Below the pieces are notes generated by a model. The model searched no databases and was not told the DNA's origin. It was given only the letters and a program-made list of their open reading frames with translations. A DNA stretch of 64,000 nucleotides from Octopus vulgaris. Lineage: Eukaryota. Within the stretch, counting starts at the first letter, position 1, and each line of letters opens with the position of its first letter. Position numbers and translations under genes: made by a program. This document shows positions 1 to 14,447 of the stretch, in pieces. The DNA is taken from contig OX597820.1 in assembly GCA_951406725.2 (NCBI GenBank), positions 42,966,001 through 43,030,000 of the forward strand, written 5' to 3'.

Positions 1-729
1 TCAATATGGCTTCATATTTCTGAAGACAATATTATAGTATGTTTTGTTTTGTTTTGTTTTTCTCTGCTCAATATACATATTTTTGTTTTTTGGCATTATA
101 CATTGAACATGAAAATAATATAGGAGATTATATAGAAGTAAATGTGTGCAGTAAAAATAAAGAACAAAAGAGATAAATAGATGAACGGATGAAAGTTTGT
201 GCGTGTGTGTGTGCCTATTTGCGTTGTGTGTGTGTGTGTGAGTGTGTGTTTGTCGTGTGTGTGTGACTGCGCATATATAAACAAAGACACACATGCACAC
301 GTGTATAAATATACACGACTGTAACATATATGCGAAAGTATATACATGTGTGTGTGCTTGTTTGTGTGTATATGTATGAGTGCGTGTATGTGCGCGTGTG
401 TGTGCATGTGTGTGTGAATGTGGATGGAGGTGCATGTGTGCTCCTTTATATACATATATATATATATATTCATTTATTACTTTCTTGGACTGCTAGAATG
501 CATTTCCTAATAGACTTTGTTAATTGATACTCCTTTACACATAATCTGTGTGTCTGCATGTATGTGTACATGAGTATACATGGGCATTTTTGTGCATGGG
601 TGCATATGTGTATCTGAATAAGTCTAAAATGGCAAATTGATAGACTCGTCAAACTGCTGAATACAACGTCATGGGGTTCAAATTCGGCTAAGATTAAAAA
701 GAAAAAAATACCTGCCCAGATGATGTCAC

Positions 730-1020
730 TCACCGGTACTCCGTCGGATACGACGACAAATGTTCCAGTTGATAAGATCAAGAGAACAGCTTGCTCGTGA
801 AATTAACTTGCAACGTACCCTTAAAGTAAATCTCAGGGAGAATCGGTGTGACGCAGAATAGGAAAAGGATGGCACTTTTGAGTTAGGTACAACTCAGTTT
901 TGTAGCTGAGTGGACTGATGTAACGTGAATGAAGTGTCTTGCTCAAGGACACAACGGCGTCGCCGGAAATTGAACTGACGACCTTACGATCGTGAGCCGA
1001 ATACCCTAACCCCTTATTCA
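730..1020 (-). mobile_element. tRNA-derived SINE (head and core), decayed
   Basis: Minus strand reads ..GGTTAGGGTATTCGGCTCACGATCGTAAGGTCGTCAGTTCAATTTCCGG.. (A/B-box-like) followed by the GTGTCCTTGAGCAAGACACTT core; a related head fragment lies at ~38040-38160. Confidence 0.65.
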
Positions 1021-1328
1021 TGCAGACTGGTGAAATTATTAGATCATTCAGTGGGATGTCTTCGGTTTTGTGTACCGAGTCCGTATGTTCTAACAGCAGC
1101 GCCTACAATGAGAATATTGGCAATCAACATCGGTCTTGCCTTTCTCGTGGATGAAACGGGTGAATTTTCCAGGCCAAAAATGCATTGGAATGGAAGATCT
1201 TAGGTGCAGATGTTCAGACAAAGTATTAGAGAAGGCAATAGCACTTGCAGCACTTGCACACAAATAATTCTGCAACCCTGTGAAGGGTCTGGATGATTCC
1301 TGAGTATTAAAAGAGAACATACTCACAC

Positions 1329-1377
<49 letters not shown>

Positions 1378-1421
1378 TATATATACATTTATATATAGAC
1401 ATACACAGACACAGACACACA

Positions 1422-1496
<75 letters not shown>

Positions 1497-1986
1497 TATT
1501 TAAAAAATGGGATTTTACCAATAGAACTGCAATTTCTATTTCAAGACAATTGTATGGAATACAGATAAAAAGTTATTCCCAATAAAATAATAATAATAAA
1601 ATAATATAAGCATTTAAAACCCCTACTATAAACTGCAATAAATTTATTTGAAAAATATTTGAAGAAATATATATAACGTACCTGTTATAAGTCTGTGAAG
1701 AAAGAAGAATTTTTTAATCAAAGGTACACGTAATTCTGCGCCGGTGGAGTGTTTATTAAGCATATGCCTAATACATAAATCCACTACTGCGTCCTCAGAC
1801 TATTTATCTTATTGTTATTATTATTAATGGATCAAAGTTAAAAATACATATTGTAAGTCATATTAGATAGAAAAATCAGAATATGAATAAAAATATAATA
1901 AAAATATATAAATTACAAATATATTAACATTTTTTAATTTAAAAAATTAAAAAATTAAACACCTAAAATTACAATAACGATATATG

Positions 1987-2027
<41 letters not shown>

Positions 2028-2505
2028 CTAAAGCTAAGGAAACCCTCAACGACCATATAATAAACACATCAAATTTTATGGGAATAACATATATAAAATA
2101 AAATACTCTGGAAAATTGTCTAAGACTAGAAAAGTTGAATAACTAGAAATATGTCATACTCTTAAATCTAGATGTAACTAGATTTTTTTTATAGTGTTTC
2201 AGATTTAGAGATTTATGTTAGGTTAAATGTGGCCTGTCTATTCCTTTTAAGGTAATATTCTTTAATAAATTCTTGGTTCCTGGTATATCCGTATCTAATA
2301 CTACTATCAAATTCTATTCTGACTACATTTAACTATCTTCCTCATAATTGTATTAGGGATTATGTACTGGGGGGGGGGGGGAGTTATAATTTTATATATT
2401 TTTCATTTTATTATACGTAAAGTTATTCATATGTCGCATTTTATTCCTCACTCTCCAATAGTGTTCAGTAATATATACACACACAAATGTGAACATATAC
2501 AAACA

Positions 2506-2544
<39 letters not shown>

Positions 2545-2700
2545 AGAAGAAGAAGAAGAAGAAGAAGAAGAAGAAGAAGAAGAAGAAGAAGAAGAAGAAG
2601 AAGAAGAAGAAGAAGAAGAAGAAGAAGAAGAAGAAGAAGAAGAAGAAGAAGAAGAAGAAGAAGAAGAAGAAGAAGAAGGAGAAGAAGGAGAAGAAGAAGA
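2545..2700. repeat. (GAA)n microsatellite
   Basis: Directly visible; a similar (TTC)n tract is at 8438-8580. Confidence 0.98.
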
Positions 2701-4807
2701 CGACTGAAAAATTCTTTAACACATTTATAATTATATGTTCCAATGGTTTCCGTACCATCTCTGCTTCCAACGCCATTTTACCGAAAATTCCAAATGAAAA
2801 ACCACGTAATATTTGCGGTTTTAGATATCAGAGAGGCACTTCATCAGCCTTGCATTATCGAATGTGTGTTGCTACACTGTGCGTCCTTCAGACCTTGTTG
2901 TTAGGAATATATATGGGATGAACTAATATATATATATATATATACATATATACTTGCAGATGCACACACACATATATCTTAAATGGAAGCTATTATAGAT
3001 TATTCTAGTATATTGCCGCCAGGGTTTCTAAACAGAAGTCAACGTTATCATATTCAAGATTCAATATATTGTTAATTGATTATTTTAAGTGAGATTAATA
3101 TTTGATTATATAACGCTAACGCAAAGTATTAGAAAACTGATTCTCTGAAAAGTGACAGTGCAAGACTCGTGCCTTTCTTTAAGGTAGAGAAATAGTTGAA
3201 AGCAGCATGATATCATGTCAAGGAATCTTTACTCTACTCACACGTCACTACTTCAAATATTATCTGTAAGATATTTTTGTTAATGAGTATATGTAAACTA
3301 TTTAAATCTAGATTTGTTTTGTTTTAAATATTTGCGAATAGAGTCAAGTTAGCTTTTACAAATAACGTTGTTGACAATGGTGGGATTATGTCGGGAATAA
3401 TTTGATAATATGATAACAAATATTGGAATGTGCAATAGAAAAATATATACTTGAAAGCAGATGTAATCTGTAAGTGAATAATGGCTGTTTATATTCTTAC
3501 ATGGCTCAAATATGAATCTATTATATATGTTAACAAGCTTCTATCACCGTTGATATATTGCAAGGTTTATTCTAATGTCTAAATCGCATTGCCATAATAT
3601 ATATCAAGTTGACATTTTTATTGTTATTCTCTTTGCGATTAATATTTTCCCTTGTATTCAAGCGAACTAGAATATAACAATTCATGCACTTCATTTTTCT
3701 TCATTAATGTATGACAATGATTTCTTAAGTTTCAATTTTTCAATACCTTACAAAATAACACGAATGAAGCAAGACATCCACACGCTTGTATGTGTGTGTG
3801 TGTGTGTGTAAGTGCGTGCGTATATGTGTGCGCGCGCGCGTGACTTGATGGATATCTTAAATTGAATGTGTTTGAGGCTTAAACACATTGCAAGTATCAT
3901 GATAAATGGATGAAATTGAATTAGTGAAAGAAAGAGAAACAGATACATAATTAAATTTTATCTCCATTTTGATTTCAAGTTTTTCTTGATATTTAATAAT
4001 TTGAATTAATTTATGCTCCTAATAATATAACGGTCTAATACGAAGATTTTAATGAACTTTATGAATTTTAAATATATAGTGATTTGAGTTATTTTTATTT
4101 CTTATCATATCACTTGTGGTTCCAACTTCACGATTGAAAGAATATGTCATGAATATTGTTTGCGGTTGATCAAGAAGAAAGTGTCATGTTTGAAAGCGGA
4201 AATGGGGTGTTGTGAGTACAAGCATTTTCTAATAAAAATAATCTAGTAAGTTAGAGAAAATTCCTTCAACATGTTATCGAAACACATTTTGTTGGTTTTG
4301 CACACCCTTTATCTTGTGTTATACTGCGCTTTCCAGGAGACCAAATCAACACAAAACAAGACACATTGGATAATGTAGTCCAATTCAAACAATACCTAGA
4401 AAAGTAGACAAGATAACCATAGTTGGAACTCCTTGATGATAAGTCTGCTTGTTGAAAGTTCTCATGAGGCTAAACAATGAAACCATTAAATTCATAAATG
4501 ACCGTGGAAATCAATGAGGGATTAAAAAACAAATACTAAGTAGGTAATTGTTCCAAGGTCCTAACTTCACAGAAATATACAAAACGTATCGTCTGTAAAT
4601 GACAATGACGTATTAGTTCGGTACGTACATATGAAGTGCAACGTAGAGATAAACGCCCCTTCCCTGCTCAAGGAAACCATTCTGTGATATAGACGTGTGT
4701 CAGAGCCAAGAACTGATTGAGAAAAACGGAAACGTGACAAAGCTAAAAGCGAATGATTGCTAGGAATCCTAAACATCTTTCAGCCAACCAATGCAGTTAA
4801 TACAATT

Positions 4808-4897
4808 CATATCTATATCAACCTAATTCAGCCTTTACAAATCATACATATATCGACCTAATTCAGCATTTACAAATCACATCTATATCGACCTAAT
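4808..4897. repeat. ~36-bp minisatellite, about 2.5 copies
   Basis: CATATCTATATC(A/G)ACCTAATTCAGC.TTTACAAAT repeated. Confidence 0.8.
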
Positions 4898-5804
4898 TTA
4901 ACCAGTAATAAACATTTAAGGCTCCCAGAGATGGTGTTGTTAATAACTTAGAATAGATAGTAACACCTAAAAAATGTAACAAAACTCCATGCATGCAGGT
5001 TTTATCATTATCTATAGCACATCGTCAATGGAAAATTCGGTTGAATAATTATGACATTATTCATAATCGTGATCGATCAATAACAGAGAGAGATGAAATA
5101 TTTATGTACCGAAGTGATGGCATTCAGCGATACATGCGCTCGCTAAATAGTCTTCGTCTGGCCGAATTGAAAGAGAACGCATTTTACACAGTAAAAAGGT
5201 TTTACAAGATTTTAGAAGATTTTACATGATTCAGGATACACACTCTATTTGAGAATTGCAAGCATTTTTCATTAGTAAAGACAATTCCAAGCGGATATTA
5301 GCTGATATGGTCCTTACAGTGGCTATGCAAAAGACACGTGGAATTCCGAAGAATCATTTTTTTTTCTCATGTTAATGCATAACATGTGTTTTACGTCCTT
5401 ACTTCTTGGCTCTAAAGAAAACTTGCCCAACAGAACAATGGTTTACCCAAACGCCCCAATTTTATCTTCTTGCCAATATATTTTATCCGGATCGAAAAAA
5501 AATACAAAGAAATATTTCATGATGAAATCATAGTGGTTTGATAAATAGAATATAATAATACCTAGAATGCTATCCGTTGCGTTAGAATTTTCGTTTGAAA
5601 TTTATACTTTTGCTATTTGGGAATGTGCAATCATTCTTTTTTTCTTTCTTTGTACTTATAGGATACATTCATATGATTACTAAATTACAAAACAAAAGCA
5701 TTTACTAAACTATAGCAAAATTAAATAAAATAGATTTGTCATTTGTGTATCTGCAAATGATGATGATGATGATAATAATAATAATAATAATAAAAATAAT
5801 AATG

Positions 5805-5886
<82 letters not shown>

Positions 5887-8800
5887 TAATAACGATAATA
5901 ATGTTTAAGTTTCTATTAATTACTGATGTAATATATTGATTATCTCCATATAAGGTTGTGTAATATTTTAAACGAGACGAAGAAAAAATAACAATCGGTA
6001 TTATTATTATTGATTAAAGTAATTTGATATTTAATATGCACACTTTCTCTCTGTTTCTCTCGAAACCTACCTATATACACATTCAAACCTATAAACTTTC
6101 GCATGCATATTTAAAGATGCCTATTTTTTTGTCACTTTATGTAGGTGTATTAGTATAAAGTAAATACCTGTATGTGCATGTGTGTGTGGGGGGGTATGTG
6201 AGTCCGCTTGTATATATATATATTATATATATCACAAAATTTCGCACGGTATATGTATGTGTACTTGTGTCCATGCATGTATGTATATACCTATGTACGT
6301 ATATGTACTTATTCTGGCATGTGTATGCATGTAAAATGTAAGGGAATCTGTAACTCTGTAACGAAAGCAACATTAGAATGCACCATACCATGTGGCTTCT
6401 CTTTCTTCTAAATAGTACCATTCATATACAAGCAGTAGTCGCAGTAGTAGAAATAGGAGAGAGAAGAAATAGAAAATTAGTAGAAAATTCGATGTTAGAG
6501 GAGGTGAATTATTAATTGTAATTACATAATTTGTGCAAATAGTAGTAGACAGAGAGGGAGAGAAGAGGAAGTGAGATTCATTCTACATAACTTAGTACGA
6601 CAAGTGTTCACGCGACCAAGCAACCGCCAAAACTACTATGGAGTATTATGAAATGGAAATCACTGTATATATCATTGTAAGCAATTCATGAAGACCATAA
6701 TTTGCCGTTGTATTTATTAGCAGTATGATTTAATTTCTTTAATCAAATAAAATGAAAATGAAATCATCATTGTAAGAGTAAATACAATCCAACAAGTCTT
6801 TGTAACAGAGTATTATCAAGATAAACAAATACCTATAAAAATGCAGATTTAAGGGTGACTGGGATCAAATACACCATTTAAAAATATACTTTTAAAATAT
6901 CCACCATTTAAAAATATGCGTTTAAATACACCATTTAAAAATATTTGTGTGTGTATTTTCCCGTGCATCTTCTTAACGTAAATAGATTTTCGACTATGAA
7001 TATTCATTTGTTCTATCAACTGGTCTATCCACTACTTGAATAAGCGTATAAGTGGCTTGGCAATTCACATATATATGTACCTCTAAATATAAGATTCAGG
7101 AATAGTCAACATAGCTGTGTTTCAATGCTCGACCTTTCAATTATAAACACATTTTTTCTGGTGGCTTCCAAAGAGTTACTCATTTCTACGTACACTGCTA
7201 GCATTAAATCGAAGATGTGACAGTTCCTCAAGATTAGCTGCAGTGAAACTGAGTCGTGTCTATGCTGAAAGTAAGCACAAGTACACACTCTAAGGTAGAG
7301 AAGATATTATCGATAATATCAACTTCCTTTCTATAAAGATACTTATTTTATTCATTTTGGATGTATTAAGTAAAAATCAGCTCCTGTGACATTTTCGCTG
7401 CAATATAATCAATAGCATATATCTTCCTTCTTTTTGCAAATTCTGGAAATCTACTACCATTTCTGAAATATATTTTGTACATTTATTTAATTAATTTATT
7501 TATTTTGCATTAGCTGACGGTCTCACATTGTTTGGAATGGTGACGTCGATTAAATTGAATACATCAAGTGTATTTTATTATATCACCCCTGAAAGTATTA
7601 CAAGTAATGTTTACCTCAGCAGGCTATTTTTATTTTCCAGTTAGGAAAGGAAAGAAAATGCACAGGATTCTTCAAAAGTCCTCTGAGACTAGTAAATAGA
7701 TGGGAGTGTGTATACCTAAATCGGAATTTTGGCTCTTATGTTTCAACATAATGAATTCTAGTAGAGACATCAATGGTGATAAGTGGTGGTGTGAAACTGG
7801 GTGACAGACTAAATCTAATAGTCGAGCAGGTTATAACTGCATTTGAACTCAGAATGAAAACAAGCCGTAAGACTTCTGCTATTCTACTTCTCTGGATTGG
7901 TAATTATATATTGACACCGAAAGAGTAAAAAGGTTAAGCAGGCACCTTTGGGATTTGTATTCAGAAATTAAGATCAAAGATTTTGAAGCATTCTATTCAA
8001 CGCTCAAATCATTTTGTACGCAAAAGGTCATAATTCTAAGGCAGCAACCTGCAGAACCGATAGCATGCCGGGTAAAATACTTAACGGCATTTTCTCCGCC
8101 ATTACTTTCTATGCAAGTCTAGTTGCCTACGAAAAATTGCGTCAGTAAATGGTATAACAGAAAAAAACCCCTAACGTCTTTAATATCGCAGAATGCTGCA
8201 TTAATAAGAAAGAAGGATATGTATGGGATATGACAGTTAACCACGATACACAAGACAAGATGCAGTGACTAGACGCATTTTAAAATAATTGTTACAATAT
8301 ATGAGCATGCAGAAGGAGCTAAATTGGTACTTAAACTTTAAGGTATTGGACACAATATTTGTGCTATTCATTCCGGCTCTCTGAAACTCCCAGTTTGAAT
8401 CCTGCTGCAGCCAACATTTTGGAATCAAAAGATAAAATTCTTCTTCTTCTTCTTCTTCTTCTTCTTCTTCTTCTTCTTCTTCTTCTTCTTCTTCTTCTTC
8501 TTCTTCTTCTTCTTCTTCTTCTTCTTCTTCTTCTTCTTCTTCTTCTTCTTCTTCTTCTTCTTCTTCTTCTTCTTCTTCTTCTGCGTGTCTGTGTATGTGT
8601 GTGTGTGTTTATGTTGTGCATGTGTATGTGTTGTGCGTGTGTATGTGTGTGTGTACACTGGCTTCGTTTTCACTAGGCATAAGGTGAGTTTCGAATGTAT
8701 GATAGTACATTTACTTACATTTATTTTATTGACCCTGAAAGGTTATAGGTTCAATTTCAAACTTTTTGGAGATGAGCAAGGAAACATAAGATAAAGAGGT

Positions 8801-9288
8801 ATTAAGCATCATAGAATAAATCATTATCTTCCATAGATAACATATTTTCGCAGTCGTTCACATCTATATCGAAACATTTGATCAGAGGTCAGCATTTTAA
8901 CCTTCCAAAACCTAACTTAATCCGATATTAATTAGAAAATTTTAAATCAAAGTAGCCAGACAGAATCAAACGCAAACAACTGAGGAAAAGTAATAAGTAA
9001 ACATAACGTATATTAAGAGGCGATAGTCCAGTCTATTTCATTTCTATGGCAATTGAACTAATTGAACTCTTTCTATTGAAATTTTCTGTAAGACTCTTCT
9101 GTGGTGTCATTGTTCAAGACGTATAGCACCACCATATTTCTGTAACTTTAGATTTCATTGTACGTGAAATTATTCAAGTACGCATCTCGGACAAATTTTT
9201 TTCAAAAGTATTCTTGCAAAAGAAAACCGATGCTGTACCTTAGAAAGAAGGACGTCGTCGTCGTCCTAGCAAAATTAGTAGTAGTAGC

Positions 9289-9330
<42 letters not shown>

Positions 9331-9351
9331 TGTAGTGCCAGCAGCAGCAGC

Positions 9352-9388
<37 letters not shown>

Positions 9389-9524
9389 AGCATTTCTGTG
9401 CAAGTGCATGCCTGCAACTTTATTTGTAAGACATAAGTAAACAAAAGATGAGAGGCAAACTACAGAAATTATGGGGCCTTTATGAAGTAGGACAGCTGAC
9501 TCCAAGAGAGAGGTTTAAGATGGT

Positions 9525-9675
9525 TATCTGCCCCTGGGAACCCCACAATTAATGTACGGAAATATAAAATAGCCTACGATGCGTAATAGGACTTCAGAAA
9601 CTTATGTATGAAATTTGGTACAAATCGGTTGTAAAATGTAGAAATGCATGCAGTAACACAGAGACAGACATTATA
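9525..9675 (-). mobile_element. Helitron-type non-autonomous element fragment
   Basis: The reverse complement of GAAATTTGGTACAAATCGGTTG...CAGAGACAGACA resembles the 5' part of the element at 41800-42168 (TGTCTGT...CAACCGATT...AAA). Confidence 0.5.
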
Positions 9676-10020
9676 TGTGAGCGTGTATATATATATATAT
9701 ACATATATATATGTATGTATGTATGTATGTATATGAAGGAAGGTTTGAAAATGCTATTTTAAAGATGTTTATTCACTTGACCGGTTTCACTTTTTTAGAA
9801 AAAGATTGTCAAAAGTAAAATGTAAAGCTTTGTATCAGCTTTGTTGCGTTAAGTACTGGTTGTCACAAAATATCAAAATACATATATACATTCTTTGATA
9901 ATAATAAAAAAATATTAAAAACAGTTTCCAAGGAAATATCTTAGGAAAATATTAAACAAAAAGTTCAATAAAAATATTAGGATTTCATTAAAAATCATGT
10001 GTTTTGGAGGTATCTAGATA

Positions 10021-10559
10021 GAAACTGGAGCCTTATTTATTTAATTTAAAATAATATGACCCAATGAGGACAATTAGGATTTCAAGATGCAAATTCACCC
10101 CTTATAGAACAACTTATTTTTTTCCATAATCACTCTATATTTATTCTAATTATTATCCTAACATTAGTTATATATATCACAGTTTTATTAATAACAAACA
10201 AATTTTCTTCATTAATAATTACAGAAAGTCAAAAAATTGAAACAATCTGAACAATCATCCCCAGAATCATCCTACTTTTCCTCGCATTACCATCTTTAAA
10301 ATTACTATATTTACTAGATGAATCTATTAATCCACTTCTTACAATTAAAGCACTAGGACACCAATGATATTGAAGATATGAATATTCAGATTTTATAAAC
10401 ATTGAGTTTGATTCATATATAGTTCTTTTAAATGAACTAAATGAAGGTTCATTCCGACTCCTAGAAACAGACCATCATCTAATTATTCCAATAAAAACAA
10501 ACACTCGAATAATTATTTCATCCGCAGATGTTATTCATTCCTGAACTGTACCCTCTTTA
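10021..10559 (+). pseudogene. COX2: NUMT: last codons of mitochondrial COX1, short spacer, then COX2 codons 1-168 (ATG at 10056)
   Basis: In invertebrate mitochondrial code it reads [26 protein letters not shown]...IETIWT...GHQWYWSYEYSDF...SADVIHSWTVPSL with no frameshift; preceded by GAAACTGGAGCCTTATTTATTTAA (ETGALFI*); ends abruptly in nuclear repeat context. Confidence 0.95.
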
Positions 10560-11279
10560 CAGAAAAGTATTAGGAATATAAAAAAAGTCATATTTGGTAG
10601 TATATATATATATATATATACAGAAGGAGATATATTTAGGAGTTTAAAAGAATTTGAGATGAACTAACCAGTTTTAGCATTTTTATTGAGGGTTGCTCGC
10701 TATTTTAAGGGACTGTGTAGAAGGTTGGTTGGGGTGGGGGAAGTAAGAGCAATGTGGAATTGAAAGGATTTTTTTGTTTCTCTTTCAGGCTTAGTCTTTC
10801 ATGGGTCAGTGGTTTTTAGGACTGGTCTTAGAGGTCAGAATGGTGTTAGTGTCTGTGTGTATATATACATGTGTTTGTGTTTGTGTGTGTGTGTGTGGCG
10901 TTTTTTATTGGTCCCAGAGTTTATTGTGGTGTATGTAAATGTGTCTGTGTGTGTTTTATATTTGGTAGGATAGTGTGTGTGTATGTGTGCACATTTGTGT
11001 GTGTGTGTGTATGTGTGTGATTAATATTTGTTCGGGTGTCGTGTGTGCGCAAGCGTGTGTATGTGTTTGTTCACTGTGTGTATGCGTGTATACACACTGT
11101 GGGTGCGTGTGTGGGCTTGTGTGTTTTTGTCTTGGTGGGGATGTTATGTGTGTATACGTGAGTGTGTGTGTGTGTACATGAGTGTGTGTGTGTCTCTGTC
11201 TGAGTATGTTTGTGTTGTTATGATTGACCTGGTGTTGTTTGTCAGGTACTATGACTTCCTTTTTGTATTTTTAAGCTTC

Positions 11280-11850
11280 CTTAAATACAGAAAACAGTGT
11301 GTTGTTTTGCCTGTGTTTTCTATGTATTAGTTTCCCTCGCTTCTGAAGTAGGTATTTCTGTTATCCTATAGTGATCATTTTATAATAGTTTTCTAGCTGT
11401 ATAAGGCCTCTACCGTCTTCTGTACATTTCATAAGTAACATTTCTATGTCAGATTTTGGGTGATGCATCCTAAATTCCGTCATTATTTTTCTTCTTTTCC
11501 TGTCCATTTTGATTAGTTCATTTAGAGTCCAGTTAAGAATATTGCAACTGTAACTTATAACAGGGACGGCTAGAGTGTTGATCATTATCTTCTTTTTCTC
11601 CTTGACTTATGCATTAATCTAATTCGTGTATAACATTCCTTTTTTACCTTCTCTTCCATTTGTGTATGGTGTATTGTATCTAGTTCTCTGATTCTTAAGT
11701 ATTAGTATGTCTGGGTTTGGTTCTAATTTTCGGATTTCATTTGTGTTATCTAGTATGATGTTGTTACTCTTAACTAGTATTCCTCTTTTCAAGGTTGCTT
11801 GGCACATTTTTCTAAGCCTAAATTCATATTTATTTCTGTGGCAAATCGAC
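11280..11850 (-). mobile_element. R4/Dong LINE RT-region fragment
   Basis: INTLAVPVISYSCNILNWT..DRK.RKIM...HHPKSDIE.L......GRGLIQLE, matching the 28071-29194 copy. Confidence 0.85.
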
Positions 11851-11869
11851 GTTGCTTTTGTTGTTGTTG

Positions 11870-11930
<61 letters not shown>

Positions 11931-11932
<2 letters not shown>

Positions 11933-12432
11933 TATGTTTGACTTTTGCTTTATATTTGTACAAGTTGGCTCCAAGTCTCACCCAGAGACCTCAAGAGACA
12001 ACAGGGTTGGAAGTTCATGTTGTTGTTATGCCTAGTGTGCCATATATTTGGGGGGTGGGGATGTTGTACTAATGAATGTCTAAAAAGAAAAAAAAAGTTT
12101 TTATTTTTTTTTTTTTTTTTTTTTAAACCGAAAATTATGTTTGTTTTAAACCTTGAGATTACATAGAGAGTATTTTGCGTAGGATATGAGCAGTTCCCAT
12201 GAGCACTATCTTTTGAACTTCTGCCATTTTTGGGTTTCCTGGTATCTGAGTTAGGTAGCTATCAGCCCCTTTTGCTATCATTCCCAGGGCACCTATGACA
12301 ACAGGTATTGTTTTAGTCTTCAGCTTCCACATTTTGCTGATTTCTATTTCAAGATCTTTATATTTGCTCAGTTTTTGGTAGGTCTTGACAGATACGTTTA
12401 TATCGATTGGGACAGTCATATCAATGAGGAGG

Positions 12433-12433
<1 letters not shown>
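11931..12433 (-). mobile_element. R4/Dong LINE 3' end (RLE C-terminus and 3' UTR) between (TAA)n tracts
   Basis: LLIDMTVP...KLSKYKDLEIEISKMWKLKTKTIPVVIGALG...GTAHILRKILSM*. Confidence 0.9.
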
Positions 12434-12529
<96 letters not shown>

Positions 12530-12542
12530 GTTATTATTATTA

Positions 12543-12603
<61 letters not shown>

Positions 12604-12605
<2 letters not shown>

Positions 12606-13545
12606 GATTGACTTTTTCTGTGTATTTCTACAAGTTGCTTCCCAGTGATTTAGAAGTTCAAGTTGATGTTATGACTAGGTTGTCATTTATTTGGTTTTGC
12701 ACATAGTATTAATAGTATTGTTCTAGAGAATGCTTAAGAAAACATAAGAAAATTTTAAGTTCGTTTTACAACTTGAGAACACCGAGGCAGTATGTTACGT
12801 AGGGTATGGGCAGTTCCCTTGACCACAGTCTTTTCAATTTTTTATATTTTGGGGTTTCCTGGTATCTGAGCTTGGTAGGTCACATCCTCTTTTGTTATCA
12901 TTCCTAGGGAACGTATGACAGTAGGTATCCTTTCGTCGTGAGGTTCCACATTTTGCCAAATTTTATTTCAAGATCTTTATACTTGCTCAGTTTTTGGTAG
13001 GTCTTGACAGATACATTTATGTCGTTTGGGACAGTCATATCAATGAGGAGGTCTGATATTTGTCTGAAGACTTTCAATGTAATGTCTGGCCTATTCGCAT
13101 CTATCCTTCAACCAGTTCGAACGGTGAAGTTCCAGAGGAGTGAGACGTGATCATATTCAAGCACGGAGGGGGTTTGTGTTCTCACCAGCTTTTATCATGG
13201 GGCAGAGCCAAGGTTTTGAAAACTACCCAGTGAATATGCTGTGCTGCTCTATCATGCCTGTTGAGATATCCTGTAGGCGTAATAAGACTGCACATGGAGA
13301 ACACATGATCAATGGTTTCATTTTGTTGTTTACATACACGACATGTTGGGTTACTGTCGTTCTTTAATATGGTGGCCTAGTAGTATTTTGTAGGTAGGCA
13401 TTGATTTTGGGCTGCTATGATAAACCCTTCTGTTTCTGATTTTAAACCAAAATACACTGATATCTGTTGAGTAAGGCCTTTTCAACATCGACACCATTAG
13501 CTCTTTTGGGGTATTTGCAATTGAGAGGTTTTTCTTGCCATGTAG
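12604..13545 (-). mobile_element. R4/Dong LINE 3' fragment, older copy of the same subfamily as 11931-12433
   Basis: Similar 3' UTR and RLE segment; decayed ETEGFIIAAQ and ANRPDI motifs. Confidence 0.85.
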
Positions 13546-13827
13546 GATCTTACTTCAGGGTGCTTCTGTCTCTAGTTTAGACAGGTTTGTTTCAGTATTA
13601 GATTTATTTGTGGGTAAATACATAGCATGAGAGAAGGCCTTAAGAACTTTATTATCTCCCACAGACCATTTTTTAATTACTTTTATTTTGGTTATTTGAT
13701 GACAAGAGTGGATGGCCATCTGCTGGAATATTCCAGCTCCTGTTTTCCGGGAGGATTTGAACCATTGGCTTATTTTTCGTGCCCAGTCTTGTTCCTCACT
13801 GGGAAGCGCGGTCCTTGTTGATACGGG

Positions 13828-14447
13828 TGATGGCGGATCCGGTTTGTATGTTGCTTTTTTATCATCGAGGTGTGACGAACTTGGACGTTGACATTAGGGG
13901 GCGGATCTATCTGTTTAGGGTTAATTTTTTGAGACAGCACCGCCTCCGAGTTCTCTGAATGAAAACATTACGCGTAACGTAGCTTAATACTAACAATTTT
14001 GTGTTCGTCTGAATTCTTTTGTTGATAGATTTATCTCCGGGCATTGATTTTTGTGGTGATTTTAAACTTATGAATTGTTCATTCTGTTTATGTTCGAAAA
14101 ATAACCCAAAAAATTTTGTCATATTTTCGCTTCGTTTGTGACACCTGTTTTCATATGCGTGTATGTGTGTCCTATAAATTTCACGTAACTGTGTTAACAT
14201 TGGGATGTATGTGTGGTCCTATGGGTATTAAATTTTATATATAATTGTGTAGACATTCGGGTGTGTGTAATTAATCAATTTACGTAATTTCTGTCTTGTT
14301 CCACTTATATTTTATAATTTGTAAAACTTTCGATGTTGATTTCGCATGTCGTTCGCACATGTTTCACTGAAACATCGGGCTTGAGAGAAACTGTGCTTTG
14401 GAGAGCGGTAAAATTTCGTTTTTGTGAATATTTTCGTTAAAATCCGC
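13828..14447. repeat. Donor copy of a ~600-bp near-identical duplication (second copy 15895-16492)
   Basis: Direct alignment by eye from TGATGGCGGATCCGG to GTTAAAATCCGC. Confidence 0.95.

Noticed and set aside
1770-1805. Minus-strand CUGAGGA-CGC-AGUA-GUG hammerhead-like start
   Set aside because: Followed by GAUU rather than GAAA, with no convincing stems I and III; at most a dead Penelope relic
2825-2895. Minus-strand CUGAUGAAG and CUGAAGGACGC motifs
   Set aside because: No GAAA box or closing stems
6866-6945. Three ACCATTTAAAAATAT repeats
   Set aside because: Short AT-rich local duplication with no further structure
10056-10559. Functional nuclear COX2
   Set aside because: TGA-Trp codons are stops in the nuclear code, and the gene is truncated before the CuA cysteine ligands
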